In this document: positions 10,209 through 19,608 of the stretch, in pieces
Numbering within the stretch: position 1 is the first letter of the stretch
Layout: each line of letters starts with the position of its first letter
Assembly (NCBI GenBank): GCA_033762715.1
Contig: JANRLL010000014.1
Span: 11,626 to 75,625 of the forward strand
Source of the DNA: Rickettsiales bacterium
Lineage (GTDB): Bacteria; Pseudomonadota; Alphaproteobacteria; Rickettsiales; SXRF01
Length of the DNA stretch: 64,000 nucleotides
Reading direction: 5' to 3'
Program-made: the position numbers and the translations under genes
Notes under the pieces: generated by a model
The model's database searches: none
Seen by the model: only the letters and a program-made list of their open reading frames with translations
Told to the model about the DNA's origin: nothing

Positions 10209-10613
10209 CTATACCTGCTCGATTTCAACCAAGGTACCGCAAAAATCTTTTGGATGTAGGAATAAAACCGGTTTGCCATGCGCACCAATTTTAGGTTCAC
10301 CATCGCCCAGCACACGCATGCCATCGGCTTTGAGTTTATCGCGCGCGGCAATAATATCGTCCACCTCGTAACACATATGATGAATACCGCCCGAGGTGTT
10401 TTTAGCCAGGAAGCCGGCAATCGGCGAATTCTCACCCAGCGGATGCAGCAATTCTATCTTAGTATTCGGCAGGTTAACAAAGACCACCGTTACCCCATGT
10501 TCTGGTATGGCTTGCGGCTCTGATACGTTTGCCCCCAAAATATTGCGGTAAACGCTTGATGCAGCTTGTAAATCAGGCACTGCGATCGCCACGTGGTTTA
10601 ATCGTCCAATCAT
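10209..10613 (-). CDS. mce: methylmalonyl-CoA epimerase (VOC/glyoxalase fold)
   Basis: 134 aa. GRLNHVAIAVPDL, GIHHMCYEVDDI and FLHPKDFCGTLVEIEQ are typical of Mce. Confidence 0.8.
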   Translation of the reverse strand: MIGRLNHVAIAVPDLQAASSVYRNILGANVSEPQAIPEHGVTVVFVNLPNTKIELLHPLGENSPIAGFLAKNTSGGIHHMCYEVDDIIAARDKLKADGMRVLGDGEPKIGAHGKPVLFLHPKDFCGTLVEIEQV

Positions 10614-10736
10614 TCGACTATCCCCTTGTTTTTGCTAAGAATCCTAAACACGTTGTCATAAAAGCTTCACTTTTAATGCCCTAAGAATAGGGTAAGATGT
10701 AGCTATGGCAATAGATTTATGAGCTCTTGGTAAGGC

Positions 10737-11738
10737 ATGGATACGGAAAAAAGTCTTCTCGTGCAAAAAAAGATCAACGCTGGGCAATCACCCAACGATG
10801 AAGGCCCCTATTATCATCATATTTTCTGGGAATCCTACAAAGGCGGCGTGAAGGGCAAATTCGGCGGCGTCGTGATTGGCTCAGCGCTCGGAAGCGTTGT
10901 AGGTGGCGCAATGTTGGCCGTTGGTACGATCGCAGGTATTACCGCGATTACGGCTGCTCCTGCTCTGTTGGTTGTTGGTGCGTTTTCCGCAGCAGGTGGG
11001 CTTTATGGTGCGCATGAATTTGGCGATGTGGGTAAAGCGGTCGGCAGCGATGCCGCACTAGGCCAGCAACTCGAAGCACGGCTTAAAACCTATCACGAAG
11101 GTAAAACAGCCGAATTGAAAAAAGAAATCAACGAACTCAAATCCGCGGTCACTGGACAGCCGGTTGTCAATGATCCCAAGCTGGATGAAGCGATTATTCG
11201 TGCCGAGGAAGATGAGCATAACTACCGCAAAGTGCATTATGCGAAATTAGAGCCAACTCCCGTCAACAGCCTCGCCTTCTGGAAAGTGGCATTGGTTGGC
11301 CTGGTGGTTGGCGCAGCAGTGGGCGTGTTATTTGCCGCTGGCCCTGGCGGCGGTGTAGCTGGTGCTTTGCTGGAACATGCACTCGGACATACGCTGGGCG
11401 CTGGCCTAGCCGAAGGGGGACTCATGGCGGCATCGGCTGCAACCTTTGGTTTGATGGGGGCAACTTTTGGCATCAACCGCGACTTCTTCCGCAAAATATT
11501 TGATAAAACCGATTTGCTCTTTAAGGGCATTATTTCCAATGATCGGGTGAAAGAACAACAAATCAAAGCCGGTGAAGCGATTATGCACAAGCTGGAAGAG
11601 GCAAAAGAAACAGCAGCTCCTGCTCCTGAGTTCAGCGTCGCCTATCCCGACTCGGCCACGCATCACCGTGATAAGTTAGCCTTGGCCGCTGAGCGGTCTT
11701 TGGCGAATATGGATCAAACCCGCATGATACCGCATTAA
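10737..11738 (+). CDS. Gly/Ala-rich membrane protein A (333 aa): two bilobed hydrophobic blocks separated by a coiled-coil segment; family unknown
   Basis: ATG start with SD TAAGG. Hydrophobic block 1 is GGVVIGSALGSVVGGAMLAVGTIAGITAITAAPALLVVGAFSAAGGLYGA. The coiled-coil-like stretch is QQLEARLKTYHEGKTAELKKEINELKSAV. Block 2 is LAFWKVALVGLVVGAAVGVLFAAGPGGGVAGALL...AATFGLMGATFGI. No signal peptide and no catalytic motif. Confidence 0.75.
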   Translation: MDTEKSLLVQKKINAGQSPNDEGPYYHHIFWESYKGGVKGKFGGVVIGSALGSVVGGAMLAVGTIAGITAITAAPALLVVGAFSAAGGLYGAHEFGDVGKAVGSDAALGQQLEARLKTYHEGKTAELKKEINELKSAVTGQPVVNDPKLDEAIIRAEEDEHNYRKVHYAKLEPTPVNSLAFWKVALVGLVVGAAVGVLFAAGPGGGVAGALLEHALGHTLGAGLAEGGLMAASAATFGLMGATFGINRDFFRKIFDKTDLLFKGIISNDRVKEQQIKAGEAIMHKLEEAKETAAPAPEFSVAYPDSATHHRDKLALAAERSLANMDQTRMIPH

Positions 11739-11746
11739 GGATAACC

Positions 11747-12577
11747 ATGGTAAAGCATCCTGGTATTGAAGATCTAGCGAACGTTCCAGTGTCTACCATC
11801 GTTGATGGCAAGAGCACCGATCTGGTCGCCGGTGCCGGTAAAGGCATGTGGCGCGCGCTGGTGAAAATGAGCTCGACCGGTTTTGGTATTGGCTTGCTGG
11901 TGGGTGCGGCTGCGATTATAGGAGCGCCTGCGCTAGCCTTTGGCCTGGGTCAGTTGACCGGCGTATTGGAAGCGGCCTGGGGCATTCCTACGCTCGGCGA
12001 AGCCATCATGGGCGGTTTGGGTTTTGGCTTTAATTTCCTACTCAGCGGACCAGGTCTGTTGATGGCGGGTATGTCGGCTACAGCTGGCGGCGTAGTCGGC
12101 GCCATGGTTGGACAAAATAAAGTTTCAACCGAACTGGCGCGCTCGGAAGCCAAACGATTAGAACTGCAACGTCAACTGGCTGTGCAGCCACCACAGCCGG
12201 AATTACAACCTCCTGTATTAGTACAGCCACCAGAACCATTGCCCCCCGCACCACAGCCTGTTGCAGCTGCTCCAGCACCGGTAGCACCAGAGCCTACGCC
12301 AGCAGCTGAACCAAAAATCGTGCTGCCACCTGCTGTCACCATTGCCGCTCCTCCGTCGGAGCCGATCAAGCAGGAAACCAATGTCTCGATCGTCAATGCC
12401 AATACTAACCAGACCATCGACGCGAGCCAAACCACTATTAATCAGGAAACGGTCGCACCGGCGATTCGTCAGATTATCGAAGAACGCGCACCCGCGGCAC
12501 CAGAGATGTCGCATGTGGCGCGTGAAAGCAAACGCCGCGCTGATATTCAATTTTCACCTACACCAGGGGTAGGCTAA
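11747..12577 (+). CDS. Gly/Ala-rich membrane protein B (276 aa) with a Pro-rich linker and N/T/Q-rich tail; family unknown
   Basis: ATG start with SD AAGGA, 9 nt after gene A. The hydrophobic region is GFGIGLLVGAAAIIGAPALAFGLG...GGLGFGFNFLLSGPGLLMAGMSATAGGVVGAMVG, followed by a short coiled coil (SEAKRLELQRQLA). A ~60-aa Pro-rich segment (nt 12185-12364) comes next, then NVSIVNANTNQTIDASQTTINQ. Confidence 0.75.
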   Translation: MVKHPGIEDLANVPVSTIVDGKSTDLVAGAGKGMWRALVKMSSTGFGIGLLVGAAAIIGAPALAFGLGQLTGVLEAAWGIPTLGEAIMGGLGFGFNFLLSGPGLLMAGMSATAGGVVGAMVGQNKVSTELARSEAKRLELQRQLAVQPPQPELQPPVLVQPPEPLPPAPQPVAAAPAPVAPEPTPAAEPKIVLPPAVTIAAPPSEPIKQETNVSIVNANTNQTIDASQTTINQETVAPAIRQIIEERAPAAPEMSHVARESKRRADIQFSPTPGVG

Positions 12578-12984
12578 TGGGTCTTGTTGATAAAATAAAA
12601 ACGGGAACCGTGGGCTTTGTGAAGTCGGCGCTCAACTATATCCCAAGCGGTATAGTTTTTACCGCCGTTGCCATTGGCGCCTTGGTACTTGCGGGTAAAA
12701 TGGGTGTGCCTTTCCTGGCAGCATACGCCAACCCTACCATGGCTGGCCTGCTCACCCATGCTGCAATCAGCCTTACCTTAGGTTCACTCATCTCAGGCGG
12801 CATTGGTGCCGTACAAGAAGTCAAACATGCAGAAATGTTAGAACCGCCACGTTCTGCAAGTCCATTACCAGTCATCGAACGCGCACGCTCACAATCGTTA
12901 GCCGCTTCTCACGCCATCGAACCTCAACCACAAATCCCGCTTAGCGCCAATCTTGCGCAAGGGGCTACTCCACTGATAGGATAA
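12577..12984 (+). CDS. hydrophobic-hairpin membrane protein C (135 aa); family unknown
   Basis: The start overlaps the stop of gene B (TAATG), and an AGGGG SD precedes it. The hairpin is GIVFTAVAIGALVLAGKMGVPFLAAYANPTMAGLLTHAAISLTLGSLISGGIGAV, followed by a Pro/Ser/Gln-rich tail. Confidence 0.7.
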   Translation: MGLVDKIKTGTVGFVKSALNYIPSGIVFTAVAIGALVLAGKMGVPFLAAYANPTMAGLLTHAAISLTLGSLISGGIGAVQEVKHAEMLEPPRSASPLPVIERARSQSLAASHAIEPQPQIPLSANLAQGATPLIG

Positions 12985-12988
12985 GACT

Positions 12989-13411
12989 ATGCCACAAGAC
13001 AAACCCTCTTTTTTTGAATCGGTCATTAGCGGTATCGCAGGCAGCGTCAAAGGCTTGCTCGCCGGTGGTGCAGTTGGTGCTACGTTAGGCGGCCTGATCG
13101 GCGGCTTGCTCGGTGCATTGACCTTGAGTCCGGCCATGATTGGTGTGGGTGCGATTGCCGGTGCTAGCTTATTGGGTTCGACCATGGCAGCGGTGGGCGG
13201 TTTAGCCGGCACGGTAACCGGTGTGGTTAAAAGCCGCGAGCGTAGCGGTCCGAATGAACAAGATATTGTGAATCTAGCGAACATTGCCTTTGCGCAAGGC
13301 GTATCGGCTGGCCAAGAGATGCAGCAGAATCAATCGAAGACCTCATTTACCCAACGTATTATGAATGAGCGCGCTGCGCAGCCACCAGGCGCCAGCCAAA
13401 GCATCCACTAA
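12989..13411 (+). CDS. glycine-zipper hairpin membrane protein D (140 aa); family unknown
   Basis: ATG start with SD AGGATAAG, 4 nt after gene C. GGAVGATLGGLIGGLLGALTLSPAMIGVGAIAGASLLGSTMAAVGGLAGTVTGVV carries GxxxG-type repeats, and the tail is Q/N-rich. Its stop (13409-13411) directly abuts the rnj stop (13412-13414). Confidence 0.7.
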   Translation: MPQDKPSFFESVISGIAGSVKGLLAGGAVGATLGGLIGGLLGALTLSPAMIGVGAIAGASLLGSTMAAVGGLAGTVTGVVKSRERSGPNEQDIVNLANIAFAQGVSAGQEMQQNQSKTSFTQRIMNERAAQPPGASQSIH

Positions 13412-15076
13412 CTAGTCGACCTTAGCTACGTGCACTTCCAGCACTGGCTTCTTTTCCAAATCGCGTGAGATCGCTTTGCGCAAGAACAGGCGTACAGCTT
13501 CTTTCACTTCTTCTTTAGAGCGCTTGCCTTTCATGCCATCGACAATGCGTGAAGCTTCATCACACCAGCTATCGAGCAGTTCCTGATCTTCTTTCAAATC
13601 CAGCACGCCAGGTGCCGTAATCGTCACCGGATGCATCAAGCCGCCTTTATGGCTAACCACAACGCTGGCCACCACACAGCCATCATCGCGCAGTTTGCGG
13701 CGTGTGCGCAAAATTTCGCTTTCAGTGGAAATCATAGTGTTGCCGTCAACGGCGATATAGCCGGCATCAACCTTACCGATGACGCTCGCCTCGCCTTTTT
13801 CCAACCAAACCACCGCGCCGTTATAGGCTTGCACCGTCTCCGGCACGCCCATCGACTTGGCAAAGCGCGCATGCTCATGCAGATGGCGCAACTCGCCATG
13901 CGTAGGAATTGCAATTTCCGGACGCACCAGCTCATACATATGTTTAAGCTCATCACGCGCCGGATGACCAGACACGTGGATAAAATGTTCTTTAGCGGTG
14001 ATGACTTCGATATTTTTCTCAACCAAACGATTGATAATCCAATTCACCCGCGTTTCATTGCCGGGGATTTTGCGCGATGAAAAAATCACCGTATCGCCTG
14101 GCGCCAAGCGCAGCGTTGGGTGATCTCCGCGCGCAATACGTGTAAGCGCCGCGCGCGTTTCACCTTGGCAGCCGGTGCAGATGATCATCGCATCTTTGCG
14201 CGGCAGGTTCATAATCTCGCGGTCGCTTAAAAACTCGATGTCTTTATCGAGGTAACCGCTTTCTTTCGCTGCTTCCACCACGCGCCACAGCGAACGTCCT
14301 GCTAATGCAATCACACGGCCTGCTTCATGCGCCGCCATAATCAATGAAATCACTCGCGCCAAGTTGGAGGCAAAAGTCGTCACCACCACGCGCTGCTGGC
14401 AGCTGGCAATTAAGGATATGAGTTCTTTGCGCACATCGCCTTCAGAGCCGGACTCGCCTGGCTCAAAAACGTTGGTCGAATCGCACACCATAGCGAGCAC
14501 CTTCTGGTCGCCATAGCGCTTGAGTGTTTCGTAATCGGAAACTGGGCCAACCATGGGGGCTGCGTCAAATTTCCAGTCACCGGTATGCATCACCACGCCT
14601 TTGGGCGTATTGATCGCCAAAGCTTGCATCTCTGGAATAGAATGGGTCAGCTGCACCAGCTCAAGCGAGAACGGCGCTAAGTCAAAACTGCTGCCAGGCT
14701 TCAGCTCATGCACCACGGGTTTTTTACCCGGGCCCATTTCGGAAAGCTTATGTTTGAGGAACGCAGCAGTAAATGGTGTGGCATAGACTGGACATTCAAA
14801 CTCGCGCCATAAATACGGCACAGCGCCCAAATGATCCTCGTGCGCATGCGTCAGCACCAGCCCTAAGAGCTTGTCTTTAATTTCATGCACAAAGCTGATA
14901 TCGGGCAGAATGATTTCAACGCCTGGCAGGTAATCATTGGCAAAGCCAATGCCACAATCGACCATGAGCCACTTGCCGCCATAGGTATAGAGATTGAGAT
15001 TCATCCCTATTTCATTCGAGCCACCCAGCGGAACGAACAACAGTTCGTCCTTATATTTTTCAAAATTAAACGACAT
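13412..15076 (-). CDS. rnj: ribonuclease J (metallo-beta-lactamase / beta-CASP)
   Basis: 554 aa with the HxHxDH motif LTHAHEDHLGAVPYLW and beta-CASP-like and C-terminal domains. The size and layout fit RNase J. Confidence 0.88.
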   Translation of the reverse strand: MSFNFEKYKDELLFVPLGGSNEIGMNLNLYTYGGKWLMVDCGIGFANDYLPGVEIILPDISFVHEIKDKLLGLVLTHAHEDHLGAVPYLWREFECPVYATPFTAAFLKHKLSEMGPGKKPVVHELKPGSSFDLAPFSLELVQLTHSIPEMQALAINTPKGVVMHTGDWKFDAAPMVGPVSDYETLKRYGDQKVLAMVCDSTNVFEPGESGSEGDVRKELISLIASCQQRVVVTTFASNLARVISLIMAAHEAGRVIALAGRSLWRVVEAAKESGYLDKDIEFLSDREIMNLPRKDAMIICTGCQGETRAALTRIARGDHPTLRLAPGDTVIFSSRKIPGNETRVNWIINRLVEKNIEVITAKEHFIHVSGHPARDELKHMYELVRPEIAIPTHGELRHLHEHARFAKSMGVPETVQAYNGAVVWLEKGEASVIGKVDAGYIAVDGNTMISTESEILRTRRKLRDDGCVVASVVVSHKGGLMHPVTITAPGVLDLKEDQELLDSWCDEASRIVDGMKGKRSKEEVKEAVRLFLRKAISRDLEKKPVLEVHVAKVD

Positions 15077-15078
15077 GA

Positions 15079-15867
15079 TTACACGATGATAAGATGTTTA
15101 TTCATATGATAAAGGTCATGGAGCCCATAAATAGTCAAATCGGGTTCGACCTGTTCTATCAATGCACAGGATTTGGCATATAACGATGCCAAACCACCGG
15201 TAGCGATAACTTTCATGGGCGCAGCATACTCTGCTTTGATACGCTCAGCAATGCCTTCGATCAGGCCAATATAGCCATAAAATATGCCCGACTGCATGGC
15301 GCTGGTCGTATTGGTGCCGATCACCCTATCGGGGCGCTGGATGCCGATATTAGGCAGTTTAGCGGCCGCGCGTTGCAAGGCATCGAGCGATAAATTCACG
15401 CCAGGTGAGATCACTCCGCCTAAATATTCACCCTTATCGCTGACGATATCAAAAGTCGTAGCCGTGCCAAAATCCACCACAATCAGTGCTTGTTGATATT
15501 TCTTCCAGGCGGCAAAAGCATTGACCAAGCGGTCGGCACCCAGCTCGCGGGGATTGTCGATTTTAAGCGTCATGCCCGTATTGATCGCCAAGCGTGGATC
15601 GCCAATCACCAACAATTCGGTATTGAAGTAACGCTTAGCCAGCATGCGCAGATCAAATAGCGATTGCGGTACCACGCTTGCCACCACAGCGGCTTTTACC
15701 TGCGAAGGCTTGAGTTTGGCATGCTCCATCACCTGGGTCAGCCACACCCCATATTCATCGGCAGTGCGTTTGGGGTCGGTTGAAATGCGCCATTGTCCAA
15801 CAATGCGCTCTTTTTCAAAGACGGCAAACACAACGTTCGTATTGCCAACATCAATGGCCAATAACAT
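15079..15867 (-). CDS. coaX: type III pantothenate kinase
   Basis: 262 aa. MLLAIDVGNTNVVFAVF, VVDFGTATTFD and GGLA are motifs of the CoaX/ASKHA fold. Confidence 0.9.
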   Translation of the reverse strand: MLLAIDVGNTNVVFAVFEKERIVGQWRISTDPKRTADEYGVWLTQVMEHAKLKPSQVKAAVVASVVPQSLFDLRMLAKRYFNTELLVIGDPRLAINTGMTLKIDNPRELGADRLVNAFAAWKKYQQALIVVDFGTATTFDIVSDKGEYLGGVISPGVNLSLDALQRAAAKLPNIGIQRPDRVIGTNTTSAMQSGIFYGYIGLIEGIAERIKAEYAAPMKVIATGGLASLYAKSCALIEQVEPDLTIYGLHDLYHMNKHLIIV

Positions 15868-15870
15868 GCA

Positions 15871-16656
15871 TCAGCCCTTTTTCTGTACGTCCGGCGGGAA
15901 AATATCAGCCGCCAAAATATGCTGCTTGCGGCCGTTGGGCAGTTTGAGCACCAGGCTGCCATGCGCATCCATTTCCTCGGCAATACCTTCAATGGTGCCG
16001 TCTGGCAATTTAGCCACCACGGTTTTGCCCATGCGCCAAGCATGTTGCAGCCAGCTTTTGCGAATCGGCGCGAACCCTTTTTGGTTCCACAGATTATAGC
16101 TTTCAATGAAATGATGGATGAAGCGCGAGAGAATAATTTTGGCCGATACCAGCTCCACACCCGCATCTTTCAAACAGGATGCCGGAAATTCGGTTTTAGC
16201 GGGGAAGCTGTCGACATTCACGCCCACACCCACCACGGCCCAGCTACAGTGAGCATCACCGGCACGGAAGGATTCGAGCAAGATGCCGCCCAGTTTGCGG
16301 TCATTGAGTAAAATATCATTGGGCCATTTGCAGGTGAGCACCTGGTCTTTGGGCAATAAAGGCGCCAGCGCCTCAATCACGGCAAGTGCGGCAACGAACG
16401 ACAGCTCTGCGCATTGCTGCAAGGGTTTTTCTGGCTGCAATAGCACCGAGACGAATAAATTGCCGTTGCTGGAAATCCACTGGCGACCTAAGCGGCCTTT
16501 GCCAGCGGTTTGTTCCTTAGCCCAGATGACTGCGCCATGCGAGCCACCGGCTTTGGCCAGGCGTTTAGCTTCTTCGTTGGTAGAATCTAGGCTGTCAAAC
16601 GACAGCAGGTGATAATCATTGAGCAGGTCAGACGATGCGCTTTTCTTTGCACTCAT
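15871..16656 (-). CDS. birA: biotin--[acetyl-CoA-carboxylase] ligase
   Basis: GKGRLGRQWIS (the BirA GRGRxGR-type loop) and KWPNDILLNDRKLGGILLE are present. The start is set to ATG 16654-16656 (MSAKKSASS), which overlaps the nuoN stop as ATGA. The longer ORF to 16767 is rejected. Confidence 0.85.
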   Translation of the reverse strand: MSAKKSASSDLLNDYHLLSFDSLDSTNEEAKRLAKAGGSHGAVIWAKEQTAGKGRLGRQWISSNGNLFVSVLLQPEKPLQQCAELSFVAALAVIEALAPLLPKDQVLTCKWPNDILLNDRKLGGILLESFRAGDAHCSWAVVGVGVNVDSFPAKTEFPASCLKDAGVELVSAKIILSRFIHHFIESYNLWNQKGFAPIRKSWLQHAWRMGKTVVAKLPDGTIEGIAEEMDAHGSLVLKLPNGRKQHILAADIFPPDVQKKG

Positions 16657-18122
16657 GGCACCAATACCTCTGCGGCTGCTTTCGCCTGTTGAATAAGGGG
16701 CGATGGCACCAAGAAGAACAGGACCGTCACCACTGTAGATAGCAACAAGCTTACACGCAGTGCGCATGGAATGCCAACATCAAAGCGCTTGGCCGGCTCA
16801 TCAAAATACATGACCTTGACCACCTTGAGGTAATAGTAGCAGCTGATCACACTAATCGTAACCCCGACAACTGCCAGCCACATGAGCTGTGCTTCTACCA
16901 ACGCCATCACAATGTAGAACTTACCGAAAAACCCAGCCAGCGGGGGAATACCCGCCATGGAAAACATCACCGCAGCCAGCATCAACGCAAGCAGCGGACG
17001 CGTCTGCGCCAGGCCGCGCAACTCTTTAATGTCTTCGACATAATGACCATCATATTTCATAAGCATTACGCAGCCAAACGCCGCCGCACTCATGAAAATA
17101 TACAGCGCCAAATAGATCAGGATCGCCTGCACACCCGCTTGATTGCCCGCGGCCAACCCCATCAGCATAAAGCCAGCATGGCCGATCGAGCTATAGGCAA
17201 GCAGGCGTTTAATATTGGTTTGCATAATGGCTGCCAGCGCACCCACCGACATGGAGAGGATCGAAACCAAGATAATGATTTGCTGCCACTCATCGATTAA
17301 AGCGCCAAACGGCTCAAGCAAAATACGCACTAGCAATGCCAGGGCGGCAACTTTAGGCGCGGTTGCAAAAAAGGCCGTAACCGGCGTGGGTGCGCCTTCA
17401 TACACATCGGGCGCCCACATATGAAATGGTGCGGCCGACAGCTTGAAGCAAAATCCTATAATCACCAAAACCAGCCCCACCACGACACCTTTGGAGGCAA
17501 CGGCCTCGGGCGTTGAAAACAGGGATTTAATCGTCTCAAAACCGGTGCTGCCGGTAAAGCCGTATATCAGCGAAATCCCAAACAGCATCATACCCGAAGC
17601 CAGGGCGCCGAGCACAAAATATTTAAGGCCGGCTTCGCTTGATTTGGCATGATCGCGCGAGAAAGATGCCAACACATAAAGCGCTAAGCTCGATAGTTCC
17701 AGCGCCATATAAACAGAAAGGAAATCATTGGCTGAAATCATCAGCATCATGCCAATGACTGAAAAGAGCGTCAGGATGATAAACTCAAACGGCTTGCCCT
17801 CGCCTTCGCTAAGCCAGGCTTCCGACAACAGTAGCACTAGAATAGTTGAAACCAAGACCAGGATTTTAGCCAGCGCCGTATAGTTAGAAGCGGCCAGCAT
17901 TGTGTTCATCACCGTCCAGTTAGCGCCCATGCCATTTATCAGCAGATAGACACCAAAGACGAGCGAGGCAACGGCGATCCACACTAAACCCGTGTTACAG
18001 CGCTGCTGGCGATAGACGCCATGCACCAAGAGGATCAAAGCCGTAAGCCCTAAGAAGAGCTCAGGTTTAATCGCCGATAAGCTCGCAACTACGATATCAC
18101 CCAATAGATTAGTCGTGGGCAC
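16653..18122 (-). CDS. nuoN: NADH-quinone oxidoreductase subunit N
   Basis: 489 aa antiporter-like polytopic protein, last gene of the nuo string. It has a GTG start preceded by a GGAGG SD and a 14-nt overlap with nuoM. Confidence 0.92.
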   Translation of the reverse strand: MPTTNLLGDIVVASLSAIKPELFLGLTALILLVHGVYRQQRCNTGLVWIAVASLVFGVYLLINGMGANWTVMNTMLAASNYTALAKILVLVSTILVLLLSEAWLSEGEGKPFEFIILTLFSVIGMMLMISANDFLSVYMALELSSLALYVLASFSRDHAKSSEAGLKYFVLGALASGMMLFGISLIYGFTGSTGFETIKSLFSTPEAVASKGVVVGLVLVIIGFCFKLSAAPFHMWAPDVYEGAPTPVTAFFATAPKVAALALLVRILLEPFGALIDEWQQIIILVSILSMSVGALAAIMQTNIKRLLAYSSIGHAGFMLMGLAAGNQAGVQAILIYLALYIFMSAAAFGCVMLMKYDGHYVEDIKELRGLAQTRPLLALMLAAVMFSMAGIPPLAGFFGKFYIVMALVEAQLMWLAVVGVTISVISCYYYLKVVKVMYFDEPAKRFDVGIPCALRVSLLLSTVVTVLFFLVPSPLIQQAKAAAEVLVP

Positions 18123-19608
18123 CAGGAACCTCCGCTTGTGTAACTGTCACTTGTTTAATGAGCTGCGCAACCGATGGTTCCATCGCTTTCAAATAGGAGT
18201 TCGGATAAATACCAATCCAGATCACCAGCGCGATAATCGGAATAAAAATCACCCGCTCACGCACAACGACATCTTTCATATGGCGCACCTCTTCATTGGT
18301 GATCTCGCCAAACATCACGCGCCGATAGAGCCACAGCATATAGGCCGCACCGAGCACGATGCCGGTGGCCGCCAGCAGCGCTACCCAGCTATTGACACCG
18401 AAAATACCGAGCAGAATAAGAAATTCGCCGACAAAGCCCGAGGTAGACGGCAGGCCGACCGAGGCCATGGTGAAGAACATAAAGATCAACGCAAAGCGCG
18501 GCATGATGCTAGTAACGCCACCGTAAGCTGCAATCTCGCGCGTATGCATGCGGTCATAGACTACACCCACGCATAAAAACAGCGCGCCCGACACCAGACC
18601 GTGGCTGATCATTTGGATGATCGCGCCTTGGATGCCTTGCATGTTGAAAGCAAAGATACCGATCGTGACAAAGCCCATATGCGCCACCGACGAATAGGCG
18701 ATTAGTTTTTTCATGTCTTCCTGCATCAGCGCTACCAGCGAGGTGTAGATGACGGCGATAATGCTTAAGGTGAAAATAAGCGGCGCAAAATAATGCGAGG
18801 CTTCCGGCAGCATCGGCAACGAGAAACGCAAGAAACCGTACGCGCCCATTTTAAGCAAAATACCTGCCAGGATCACCGAACCTGCCGTTGGCGCCTGCAC
18901 GTGAGCGTCGGGAAGCCAAGTATGAACCGGCCACATCGGCACTTTTACGGCAAAAGAAGCAAACATTGCAAGCCACAACCATTGCTGCACCGAAAGCGCC
19001 AGTGTTGGCGCTTGTTTCATCAACTCGGGAATATCGGTGGTATCAAACTGGATATAAAGATAGGCGATCGCAACCAGAAGCAACAGCGAGCCCGCCAGCG
19101 TATAAAGGAAGAATTTATAGGCCGCGTAAATACGCTGCTTACCGCCCCAAATGCCGATGATAAGATACATCGGAATCAGCATACTTTCGAAAAAGATATA
19201 AAACATGATGAGATCAAGCGCGCAGAATACACCAATCACCAGCGCTTCTAAGATCAGGAAATTCGCCATGAAGCCACAGGTACGGTGGGTGATACTCTCC
19301 CAGCTGCATAAAATACAAATCGGCATCAGGAAGGTTGTCAGCAACACCATGAACAACGAAATGCCGTCAACACCTAAATGGTAACTGATATTGAAGCCGA
19401 GGAACCAATCATATTTTTCAACAAACTGAAAACTAGCGCTGCTACTGTCAAAACCTACCCATAACGCGAGTGAAAACCCAAAGGTTATCAGGGTAGTAAA
19501 GAGTGCAATATAGCGGGCCTCCGACGCGGATGAAGGCGTGTCGCCTTTGCTCGCTAATAAGATAACCAGCGCGCCAAATAATGGCAACAATACAAGAATA
19601 CTTAGCAT
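18109..19608 (-). CDS. nuoM: NADH-quinone oxidoreductase subunit M
   Basis: 499 aa antiporter-like subunit (WLPDAHVQAPTAGSVILAGILLKMG). It abuts nuoL. Confidence 0.93.
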   Translation of the reverse strand: MLSILVLLPLFGALVILLASKGDTPSSASEARYIALFTTLITFGFSLALWVGFDSSSASFQFVEKYDWFLGFNISYHLGVDGISLFMVLLTTFLMPICILCSWESITHRTCGFMANFLILEALVIGVFCALDLIMFYIFFESMLIPMYLIIGIWGGKQRIYAAYKFFLYTLAGSLLLLVAIAYLYIQFDTTDIPELMKQAPTLALSVQQWLWLAMFASFAVKVPMWPVHTWLPDAHVQAPTAGSVILAGILLKMGAYGFLRFSLPMLPEASHYFAPLIFTLSIIAVIYTSLVALMQEDMKKLIAYSSVAHMGFVTIGIFAFNMQGIQGAIIQMISHGLVSGALFLCVGVVYDRMHTREIAAYGGVTSIMPRFALIFMFFTMASVGLPSTSGFVGEFLILLGIFGVNSWVALLAATGIVLGAAYMLWLYRRVMFGEITNEEVRHMKDVVVRERVIFIPIIALVIWIGIYPNSYLKAMEPSVAQLIKQVTVTQAEVPGAHD

